This document shows positions 8,501 to 16,005 of a stretch of DNA of 34,071 nucleotides, one piece after another. A program made the translations under genes and the position numbers. How positions within the stretch are numbered: the stretch's first letter is position 1; each line of letters begins with the position of its first letter. This DNA comes from Myxococcales bacterium (GTDB lineage Bacteria > Myxococcota_A > Polyangia > Fen-1088): NCBI GenBank assembly GCA_034666225.1, contig JAXDMH010000443.1:1-34071 (forward strand). Reading direction: 5' to 3'. A model generated the notes under the pieces. That model had not been told where the DNA came from, ran no database searches, and saw only the letters and a program-made list of their open reading frames with translations.

Positions 8501-9403
8501 CTAAAGACCGGCCGTGCGCATGACTTCGGCCAACGAGGGGATGCCGCCCAGGCCGCCCAGGTGACGACAATTCAGCCCGGCGGCGGCGTTGGCGAAGGGC
8601 AGGGAGCGCTCCAGGCTCCACCCGCTCAGCATCCCGTAGGCGAAGGCGCCCCGAAAGACGTCGCTTGACCCGGTCGAGTCATACATCTCGACCGGCACGG
8701 CGGCGGCCCGCACGATGGCGTCGCTCTCCAGTCCGATGGCCCCTTCTTCGCCCAGCGTCAGCACGGCCACCCGCGGCCCCAGCTTGACGATCTCGCGCAG
8801 GCTGCGCTTGACGTCGGAGGAATGGGCCACCTCGGCGGCGAAACGTTCAGAGCCGATCACGGCGTCGCTGAGATCCAGCAGCTCGCCCATGCCGGGACCG
8901 AGGTGGCGGGCGTCCAGCAGCACCGGAACGCCCAGCGCCTTGGCCCGCTCGGCGGCGGCGATCTGCGCCGCCGGGACGCGGCCGTCGACCAGCAACAGCG
9001 CGGCGTCGTCCAGCAGCTCGCGCGGCAGCTCGCCCGGTTCCAGCGGCGTGATGCTGCCGCGGGTATAGCGGACGATGCGCCGGCCGGTTCGTTCGTCGAC
9101 CAGGATGAACGACGCGGGCGAAATCTTGCCGGGCTCGATCAGCACCTGCGAGGTGTCGACGCCGAACTCCTTGAGACCACGCAGGATGATCTGGCCAAAC
9201 TCGTCGTCAGACAGCCGCCCCACGTACCGCGCCTGGCCGCCAAAAGCGCAGACCGTGGCCAGCGCCGTCCCCACCGCGCCACCCGCCTGAACGCTGAATC
9301 GATGCAGCTCTATCTCCACCTCTGCGGAACGGGGCGCCACCCCCATCTGGTCGACGGTGGCTTCGCCTATTCCGACCACGCGGTCGGACAACCGAGGTTG
9401 CAT
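8501..9403 (-). CDS. PfkB-family carbohydrate kinase (ribokinase-like)
   Basis: 300-aa ORF. The PfkB signature-2-like motif is DSTGSSDVFRGAFAYG. The N-terminal GG dipeptide region is VQAGGAVGTALA. It lies in the same orientation as the two GT4 genes. Confidence 0.8.
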   Translation of the reverse strand: MQPRLSDRVVGIGEATVDQMGVAPRSAEVEIELHRFSVQAGGAVGTALATVCAFGGQARYVGRLSDDEFGQIILRGLKEFGVDTSQVLIEPGKISPASFILVDERTGRRIVRYTRGSITPLEPGELPRELLDDAALLLVDGRVPAAQIAAAERAKALGVPVLLDARHLGPGMGELLDLSDAVIGSERFAAEVAHSSDVKRSLREIVKLGPRVAVLTLGEEGAIGLESDAIVRAAAVPVEMYDSTGSSDVFRGAFAYGMLSGWSLERSLPFANAAAGLNCRHLGGLGGIPSLAEVMRTAGL

Positions 9404-9417
9404 GTTTGAACGTTAAC

Positions 9418-9696
9418 ATAGTCGCGTGAGCACCGACGGGCTTTGCCCGTTGGGGCTCGTCGCGGGGGATAAGAAGGACCCTCCTAGGGTCCTTGGAAGA
9501 ATAGTCGCGTGAGCACCGACGGGCTTTGCCCGTTGGGGCTCGTCGCGTGGGGATAAGAAGGACCCTCCTAGGGTCCTTGGAAGAATAGTCGCGTGAGCAC
9601 CGACGGGCTTTGCCTGTTGGGGCTCGTCGCGGGGGCATAAAAAGGACCACCGACGGGCTTTGCCCGTTGGGCTCGGCGCGGGGGGATAAAAAGGCC
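9418..9696. repeat. Head-to-tail tandem array of an ~83-bp structured repeat: 2 full units plus 2 partial units
   Basis: Units at 9418-9500 and 9501-9584 are identical except for one extra T. The unit sequence is ATAGTCGCGTGAGCACCGACGGGCTTTGCCCGTTGGGGCTCGTCGCG(T)GGGGATAAGAAGGACCCTCCTAGGGTCCTTGGAAGA. A third unit (9585 to ~9648) is truncated and fused to a fourth partial unit (~9649-9696). Each unit holds two hairpins. There are no spacers and no credible ORF. Confidence 0.9.
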
Positions 9697-9802
9697 CACG
9701 CGGGCGCAGGTGAACGAGAAATCCGCCTGGTCAATTCGAACGCGATGGTCAAAAAGTTGATGATTGAATGGTCTGGTCGTCACCAATCTGGGGAGGCAGG
9801 CG

Positions 9803-10909
9803 ATGACGACTCAACTGAACAACAAGCGGCTTTCGGTTTTGTGGGTGGCGCTGGCGCTGGTGGGTTGTGGCGGCCAGGTTCTGGTGGTCACCACGCCCCC
9901 GGACAAGAATGGCCCTCCGCCGACGGTAGGGAGCGGCGGGCCGCCAGCAGCGACATCGCCGACCCCGATGCCCATGCCGATTCCGATGCCGATCGCGCCG
10001 ACAACTGACGGGCGTTTCCAGGCCGCCGGCCGCACGACCACCATCGCCTTTTCCCCCGACGGGCGAATCCTGGCCACCGGCACCGACACACCGCCGTTGA
10101 ATGTGCATCTTTGGCGGGTCAACGACGGCGGCCTTGTTCGCGACATCGCTGCGTCATCAGGCGAGGTTCATGCCGTCGCCTTTTCGCCCAATGGCCAGAC
10201 GTTGGCGGTGGTGGGCGAGGGCGCTCTCAATGACGGGCCGGTGGCCAAACTCTTCGACGTGGCCAGCGGCACCTTGCTGCGCGCGTTTCCTGTCACGTGC
10301 GGCTTTTACGCCGACGCGGTCTCGTTTTCGAGCGACGGTACGTTGCTGGCGACAGCCGGTTACAAGGACGCTGTCGAGATCTGGCGCGCTTCGGACGCGT
10401 CGCTGGTGGTGCGCCTGCCGTATGCCACCAGCGTGCACAATGTGCATTTTTCGCCGTCGGGATCGCAGTTGATCACCGGCGGCGTCGATCGGCGGGCCAC
10501 GATCTGGAACGTCCCCGGCGGCACCGCGACGATGACGCTGGCAGGAATCGCCGACGAGATGGCCGACGCCGCATTCTCTCTCGATGGCCAGCAGATCATC
10601 TCGACCAGCAGCGAGGGCAACGCCATCAAGCTCTGGGACGCTCGCAGCGGCGCGCTGTTGCAGACGTTGTCCGCCCATGCGGCGTACGTCAGTCATGTTG
10701 TGTGGATCGACGCCGATCATTTCGTCAGCAACGACTGGGTGGGGATGGTTCACCTTTGGGCGCGGGGGGCCGCCGGCGCCTTTTCGCTTTCGCGTTCCTG
10801 GTCGACGGGTGGTCAGTCACTGGGAATTGCGGTCTCTCCTGACAAGACCGAGCTGGCGGCGGCCGGAACCACCGCCGCTGGCGATGGATTTTTCGTTCTG
10901 CCCCTCTAG
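9803..10909 (+). CDS. WD40-repeat lipoprotein
   Basis: ATG 9803 is preceded by GGAGG at 9792-9796. The signal and lipobox read LSVLWVALALVGCGG. Repeated WD40-type blocks include FSPDGRILATG...LW, FSPNGQTLAVVG, FSSDGTLLATAG...IW, FSPSGSQLITGG...IW and SLDGQQIISTS...LW. Confidence 0.85.
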   Translation: MTTQLNNKRLSVLWVALALVGCGGQVLVVTTPPDKNGPPPTVGSGGPPAATSPTPMPMPIPMPIAPTTDGRFQAAGRTTTIAFSPDGRILATGTDTPPLNVHLWRVNDGGLVRDIAASSGEVHAVAFSPNGQTLAVVGEGALNDGPVAKLFDVASGTLLRAFPVTCGFYADAVSFSSDGTLLATAGYKDAVEIWRASDASLVVRLPYATSVHNVHFSPSGSQLITGGVDRRATIWNVPGGTATMTLAGIADEMADAAFSLDGQQIISTSSEGNAIKLWDARSGALLQTLSAHAAYVSHVVWIDADHFVSNDWVGMVHLWARGAAGAFSLSRSWSTGGQSLGIAVSPDKTELAAAGTTAAGDGFFVLPL

Positions 10910-11065
10910 CCGGATCAGGCGTACCCGGCCAAGCCGTTCATCGGCGACGGGTGACGAGCGACGCGCTGATTGAGGCGCACGGGGCCTTGCGGCTCGTCGA
11001 GACCTGATCAAAATAGGCCCGCCCCGGGCGGGAGCACCAATCGTCCCGCGGCGCCTGAGGATGCA

Positions 11066-11349
11066 GTGCTCTTCAATTCCTACATTTTTATCTTCGCGTT
11101 TCTCCCGATCACGTTGATCGGATTCTTCGTCTTTGCGATCGCCGGACGGCGGCTCGCGGCCGCCTGGCTGGCCGTGATGTCGCTCGTCTTCTACGGCTGG
11201 TGGAGCCCTCGATATATCCCGCTGCTCGGAGCATCGATTGCATTCAACTATCTGATGGCCCGGTCGATCGGTCGCGCTTCCAGCGATCGTCGGCGTCGCA
11301 CTCTGCTCACAGTGGGCATATGCGGCGATCTGCTCCTCCTCGTCTACTA
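11066..11349 (+). pseudogene. N-terminal remnant (~95 codons) of an MBOAT-family (AlgI/DltB-like) O-acyltransferase gene
   Basis: GTG 11066 is preceded by GAGGA. The translation is VLFNSYIFIFAFLPITLIGFFVFAIAGRRLAAAWLAVMSLVFYGWWSPRYIPLLGASIAFNYLMARSIG...LLTVGICGDLLLLVYY, which is the typical MBOAT N-terminus. Homology-like sequence stops at 11349, where a repeat copy begins. The frame then reads repeat sequence to a stop at 11431. The next gene's stop is at 11461, leaving no room for the remaining ~370 codons. Confidence 0.75.
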
Positions 11350-11450
11350 CACCGACGGGCTTTGCCCGTTGGGGCTCATGGCGGGGGATAAAAAGGACCC
11401 TCCCAGGGTCCTTTGCAGAATAGTCGCGTGAGCACCGACGGGCTTTGCCC
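11350..11450. repeat. Second locus of the same ~83-bp repeat family: one 5'-truncated unit plus the first ~31 bp of another
   Basis: 11350-11419 reads CACCGACGGGCTTTGCCCGTTGGGGCTCATGGCGGGGGATAAAAAGGACCCTCCCAGGGTCCTTTGCAGA. It is followed by ATAGTCGCGTGAGCACCGACGGGCTTTGCCC at 11420-11450. The last part forms a new hairpin, GACGGGCTT-N8-AAGCCCGTC (11438-11462), which overlaps the stop codon of the convergent gene. Confidence 0.85.
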
Positions 11451-11460
11451 ACGAAGCCCG

Positions 11461-14400
11461 TCAACGGGCCGCGGTCGTGCCCCGCATCGCACCGCCCGCG
11501 GACGCCGGCAACAGCGGGCGCCCGAGGATGCGCTGCGACCTGACGAACCGTTCCAGCGCGTCCTGCGCCTTCACATAGCTGGCGCTGGCGTAGTACGAAC
11601 GGCCCAGGTAATAGAGCAGCTCCGGGCGGCGGGCCACGAAGGCGGCGTTGTCGCCAAGCGGCTTCAGCTCCTCGATGGCGTCGGCGTAGAACTCGGCCTT
11701 GTAGTCGAGGAAACCGGACAGCAGCGCAAAGTCGGCGCCCAGGGCGGCCGGGGGCGCGCCGGGCGGCAGGTCCGGCCATTTTTCGAGAATCTTGTAGGCG
11801 GTGGCATAGCGCCGCGCGCCCACGGCGGCGACCACGTCGGCGTATTCGGCGGCGATGCGCTCGACCAGTGGTTTTTGCGCGGCGGTCATGCTGGCGGGCA
11901 CCACCGGCGGCTGCAGGGTCTCGCCCGGTGCAAGCGGGATCTCCGGATCGCGATCAAGGCGCGTGGCCACCAGATCCAGCAGCAGCCGAGCGTGGGCCGC
12001 TTCCGGCGACGGCCCGGCCGCCTCGGCCCGCCGCGCCCACAGCTCGGCCTCGCGCGATTTGCCGTGGCGCAGCAGGCTGCGCGCCAGTTGCCCGGCCTGC
12101 GCGCCGCGGTCGGCGCCGGCGCCGTCCAGGCCAGCCACCACCTCGGTCAGGCGCCCGTACGGCCACAGCGGTCCGTACACCTTGGCCAGATACGGATCGA
12201 AACGCGCATACCCCAGCAGATCGCGCGGCGCCCCGAATTCGATGCGCGCGTTGTCGTCGGTGTTGTCGGGGGCGCCGGCCGTGAAGGCCTCCAGTTCCTC
12301 GGGGCCGAGCAGCAGGTACGCCAGCACGTCGTGCGGCGATTCCAGGCCGCCGCGCCGGGCCTCGGCGCGCGTGCCCGGATCGCGGAAGGCGCGTTCGATC
12401 ACCCGCAGGTCCAGTTTCAGCGGCGCCATGGTGGCGATGAGGATGGTGTCCGACGAAAGATCCTCCGCCGAGAACACGTACACGTACGGGAACTCCTCGC
12501 GCACCGTTCGGTAGATGCTCTTGATGTTCCAGGGCGCCATCTCGTACAGCTGGGCCCACTGGCAGAAGATGCCGCCCGGTCCCAGCCGCCGTTTGACGTC
12601 GCGGAAATACTCACGCGTGAACAGATTGGACACGCCGGTCAGCCACGGGTTCGACGGCTGGCTGACGATGACGTCGAAGGGATCTCGCCTTTGCCCCAGA
12701 AAATTCCGGCCGTCGCCGACCCGCGCCGTGACCTTGGGATTTTCCAGCGGGCGGTGGTTGTCGTTGTCGAAAAAATGCGAGGCGCGATAGATGGCCGGCT
12801 CCAGCTCGATCACCTCCAGCGAACGGATCGGGTACTGGGTGATGGCCCCGGCCGTGACGCCCGAGCCGTACCCGACCAGCGCCACCTTGGGCGGTTCGGC
12901 GCCGGGATACAGCAGCAGTGGCAGCAGGCCCACGGTGATCTGAGTGGCCATGTCGCCGTCGTTCGACGCGTCGACCTTGCCGTTGTTCTTCAGCGAATAG
13001 GACTTGCCCCATTGATCGACGGACACGGTGGTGGCGACGCCGTCCTCGTAGAAGACCAGCTTGGGCTGCTTCCATTCCTTCTTGTCCATGCGGCGGTGGA
13101 TGTAATCGCGGGCGATCGACACCCGGAAGAATCCCGCCGAAAAACTGACCAGATCCCAGCGCGGCAGGCCCAACCCGACCACGGCCAGCGCCAGCGCCGC
13201 CGCGATCGAGGCCGTCCGCCGCCGTCGCGACAACCCGGGCGCCACCGCCGCCAGCGCCGCCGCCAGCAGCAGGCTGCCCAGCGTGGCGACGTAGATCCCG
13301 CGCTGCAGCCCCAGCACCGGCAGCGTCACGAAACCGGCCAGGAACGACCCGACGATGGCGCCCACGGTGTTCACCGCGTACGCCGAGCCGATGTCGCGGC
13401 CCACGCGGTCGAGATCGCGCGTGACGATGCGGATGGTCAGCGGAAAGATCCCGCCCATGAGGATCGTCGCCGGCAGCACGGTGATGCAGGCCATGACGAA
13501 CTGACAGACGAGAATGGCGTCGACCCCAAAGCTGGTCGAGCGCAGCAGCCAGGCAAAGACATAAGGAATGCGATCGGTCAGCAGATACGAAACGCCCACC
13601 GCCCCCGCGATGCCAAGGTGCAGGCTGGCCAGCCAGCGCACGGGGTTGGCGGTCTTCTGCGACAGTCGGCCCAGGATCGCCGAGCCGGCGCCCAGGCCGA
13701 TCAGGAAGGCCAGCAGGATCAGCGTGAAGGAAAAGATCGACGAGCCGATCAGCACCGCCAGCGCCCGCGTCCACAGCACCTGCAGCGTCATGGCCGTGGC
13801 GCCCGAGATCGCGAACGCCACCAGGGTCATGCGGCGCGCGGCCGGCGACACGACAATCAGCGGCGGCAGCGCATCGGCCTGCCCCTGACCGGCGGCGGCG
13901 GCCCGCTCCAGCAGTTCGTCCATGCTGTGCGTGGTGCTGGGGATGGGCGGGATCAACCGGCGCGCCACCAGGATGGCGGCGGCCAGCGTCAGGTTGAACG
14001 ACGCCGCCGTGACGTTGGTCCAGCGCAGGCCGATGCCCGGCAGAAAAACGAACCCGGCCAAAAAAGATCCCGCCACCGCGCCGAACAGGTTGATGGCGTA
14101 CAGCGTCCCGATGCGAAACCCGACCCGGCGCAGCTCCCACGGGTGCTGCACGAAATGGCGCGACAGCAAGGGCAGGGTGGCGCCCATCAGCGTGGTCGGC
14201 ACCAGCAAAAGCCCGGCCGACGCCGCGAAGCGCAGCGTCGACAGCAGCGCATAACGATCGCCGAACGCCGACCACAGCCAGCGGTTCAGCGGTGGGTAAA
14301 AGCCGATCACCCAGGGCACCAGCAGCGCGTAAAGCCCCACCGCCGCCTCGGCCAGGGCGTACGCGCGCAGCGTGTTCTTCAGCCGGTCGGCGAATTTACC

Positions 14401-14568
14401 GGCCAGATACGACCCCAGCCCCAGCCCTCCCATGAACGCCGTCAACACCGTCGACACCGCCAGCGTCGTCGACCCGAACACCAGCGTCAGCATCCGGGTC
14501 CACAACATCTCCAGCACCAACCCCGAGGCCCCCGACAGAAAGAAACACCCCAGGATCACAGCCCGCAT
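11461..14568 (-). CDS. Fused polytopic membrane (MFS-like) / spermidine-synthase-like (class I methyltransferase fold) / TPR-like protein
   Basis: The ORF runs to 14601 (TTG). I prefer ATG 14568, giving MRAVILGCFFLSGASGLVLEMLWTRML. About 480 aa are hydrophobic helices. The aminopropyltransferase-like core reads VALVGYGSGVTAGAI...LEVIELEPAI...VGDGRNFL...FDVIVSQPSNPW...GGIFCQW. The C-terminal ~300 aa are helical and TPR-like. Confidence 0.8.
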   Translation of the reverse strand: MRAVILGCFFLSGASGLVLEMLWTRMLTLVFGSTTLAVSTVLTAFMGGLGLGSYLAGKFADRLKNTLRAYALAEAAVGLYALLVPWVIGFYPPLNRWLWSAFGDRYALLSTLRFAASAGLLLVPTTLMGATLPLLSRHFVQHPWELRRVGFRIGTLYAINLFGAVAGSFLAGFVFLPGIGLRWTNVTAASFNLTLAAAILVARRLIPPIPSTTHSMDELLERAAAAGQGQADALPPLIVVSPAARRMTLVAFAISGATAMTLQVLWTRALAVLIGSSIFSFTLILLAFLIGLGAGSAILGRLSQKTANPVRWLASLHLGIAGAVGVSYLLTDRIPYVFAWLLRSTSFGVDAILVCQFVMACITVLPATILMGGIFPLTIRIVTRDLDRVGRDIGSAYAVNTVGAIVGSFLAGFVTLPVLGLQRGIYVATLGSLLLAAALAAVAPGLSRRRRTASIAAALALAVVGLGLPRWDLVSFSAGFFRVSIARDYIHRRMDKKEWKQPKLVFYEDGVATTVSVDQWGKSYSLKNNGKVDASNDGDMATQITVGLLPLLLYPGAEPPKVALVGYGSGVTAGAITQYPIRSLEVIELEPAIYRASHFFDNDNHRPLENPKVTARVGDGRNFLGQRRDPFDVIVSQPSNPWLTGVSNLFTREYFRDVKRRLGPGGIFCQWAQLYEMAPWNIKSIYRTVREEFPYVYVFSAEDLSSDTILIATMAPLKLDLRVIERAFRDPGTRAEARRGGLESPHDVLAYLLLGPEELEAFTAGAPDNTDDNARIEFGAPRDLLGYARFDPYLAKVYGPLWPYGRLTEVVAGLDGAGADRGAQAGQLARSLLRHGKSREAELWARRAEAAGPSPEAAHARLLLDLVATRLDRDPEIPLAPGETLQPPVVPASMTAAQKPLVERIAAEYADVVAAVGARRYATAYKILEKWPDLPPGAPPAALGADFALLSGFLDYKAEFYADAIEELKPLGDNAAFVARRPELLYYLGRSYYASASYVKAQDALERFVRSQRILGRPLLPASAGGAMRGTTAAR

Positions 14569-14660
14569 GTGGCCGATGACTGTAACCCCGGTCAGGCGCA
14601 ATAAGCGCGGTAAGATGCAACCCGGTTCGCGTCGTGCCAGTCAAAGACCACACACCTTCT

Positions 14661-15281
14661 ATGCTCGCCGTGTCGATCATTGACCGCCCGATGGGCGTGG
14701 GCGCCGCCGCGACGCCGGCCGACGAGGCGGCGTTGCTGGACGCCATTCGCCGCGAAGCCCCGGGCAGCCGCGAGGCGCTGTACCACCGTTACAAACGCCG
14801 CGTCTTCGCCCTGGCCGTGCGCATCGTGGGGGCCATGGACGCCGAGGAGGTGACGCAGGAGGCGTTCATCCGCATCTTCCGCGGCCTGGGGAAATTTCGC
14901 GGCGATTCGGCGCTGGGCACCTGGATCTATCGGCTGGCGGTCAACGCTGCGCTGTCGCACCGATCTCGTCGTCGCCCCGACCTGCCCGAGGCTAGCCCCG
15001 AATCGGAAGCGGAAAACCTGGTGGCCGAACCTCGGCCCTATGACGGCGGTGGCGACAGCGTGCTGCGCGCCCGCCTGCAGAAGGCCTTGTGGCGTCTACC
15101 GATGGGCTATCGCACGGTGATCGTCCTGCACGATGTCGAAGGTCTGGAGCACGAAGAGGTGGCGTCGATCCTGGGCTGTCACGTCGGCACGTCGAAATCG
15201 CAGCTGCACAAGGCCCGGGCCAAGCTGCGCGAGATCCTCTCGGCTGAGGGCATCACCGCCGCGGTGCTGGAGCGTGGCTGA
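14661..15281 (+). CDS. ECF-type RNA polymerase sigma-70 family factor
   Basis: Region 2 reads EAFIRIFRGLGKFRGDSALGTWIYRLAVNAALSH. Region 4 reads YRTVIVLHDVEGLEHEEVASILGCHVGTSKSQLHKARAKLREIL. The start is ambiguous: GTG 14634, ATG 14661 or ATG 14691. Confidence 0.85.
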   Translation: MLAVSIIDRPMGVGAAATPADEAALLDAIRREAPGSREALYHRYKRRVFALAVRIVGAMDAEEVTQEAFIRIFRGLGKFRGDSALGTWIYRLAVNAALSHRSRRRPDLPEASPESEAENLVAEPRPYDGGGDSVLRARLQKALWRLPMGYRTVIVLHDVEGLEHEEVASILGCHVGTSKSQLHKARAKLREILSAEGITAAVLERG

Positions 15282-15282
15282 G

Positions 15283-16005
15283 ATGTCCGACGGTTCGCCT
15301 CACGTCGTCGACCACCTGTCCGCGTATCTGGACGGCGATCTCGGCGAGCAGGCGGCCGCCCGCGTGCGCGCTCACCTGTCCGAATGCGCTGCCTGCGCCC
15401 AGGCCGCCGGCGAGATGAACGCCCTCATTGCTGCCGCGCGCGCGCTGGATCGCCCGGAGCCGCCGCCGACGTTGTGGCCGGCCATCGAAGGGGCGCTGGC
15501 TCGTCATGAACGCGGACCCTTCGGCTGGCGCGTGTTCGCCTTTGGTCTCGCCGCGGGGGCGGCGGTGGCCCTGGCCGTGGTCTGGGTGGGACGTGGGCAC
15601 GTCGCCCCGTCGAGCGGTCCGTCGTTGGTTCGCACCGAATCGGCGCCAGCCTCGGCGACAGCGACAGCGACGCCCGCCAGCGGCGCCGGCGCCAGCGACC
15701 CCTTGCTGGCCGAGGCCGAAGGTGAGTTCCAGCGCGCCGCCGCTGCCTACGAACGCTCGATCGACAAGCTGCGAACGCTGCTGGCCCGCGAGCAGACGCT
15801 GTGGAGCGTGGACGAGCGCGTCCGCTACGCCGACCGCTTGAGCCGCCTCGACGAAGCGATCAGCCGATCGCGCGAGACAGCGCGCCAGCGTCCCGGCGAC
15901 ACCGCCGGCAACGAGATCCTCTTTGCCGCGTACCAGAAGAAGATCGAGTTCCTGGCGGCGGCTGTTCATCGCGGCGCCCCGGGCCTGGGGGGAAACGCCC
16001 CGTGA
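15283..16005 (+). CDS. Anti-sigma factor (zf-HC2 type, single-pass membrane)
   Basis: ATG 15283 lies 1 nt after the sigma-factor stop (TGAGATG). The translation begins MSDGSPHVVDHLSAYLDGDLGEQAAARVRAHLSECAACAQ, with the H-x3-C-x2-C motif. There is one TM segment, VFAFGLAAGAAVALAVVWV. Confidence 0.8.
   Translation: MSDGSPHVVDHLSAYLDGDLGEQAAARVRAHLSECAACAQAAGEMNALIAAARALDRPEPPPTLWPAIEGALARHERGPFGWRVFAFGLAAGAAVALAVVWVGRGHVAPSSGPSLVRTESAPASATATATPASGAGASDPLLAEAEGEFQRAAAAYERSIDKLRTLLAREQTLWSVDERVRYADRLSRLDEAISRSRETARQRPGDTAGNEILFAAYQKKIEFLAAAVHRGAPGLGGNAP

Noticed and set aside
9418-9696. Possible CRISPR array
   Set aside because: The units abut head-to-tail with no unique spacers. The unit length (~83 bp) is far larger than CRISPR repeats, and no cas genes are present in the window.
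9207-9752. 181-aa minus-strand ORF with an internally repeated peptide (PTRRAPTGKARRCSRDYSSKDPRRVLLI twice)
   Set aside because: The repetition is simply the translation of the tandem DNA repeat array. The ORF also overlaps the 5' end of the PfkB-like gene. There is no independent coding evidence.
11413-14604. 1063-aa plus-strand ORF with almost the same coordinates as the minus-strand spermidine-synthase-like gene
   Set aside because: Its product is Arg/Gln/Gly/His/Pro-rich low complexity with no recognisable motif. The minus-strand product has clear transmembrane helices and aminopropyltransferase motifs. This is a typical antisense shadow ORF in high-GC DNA, where stop codons are scarce.
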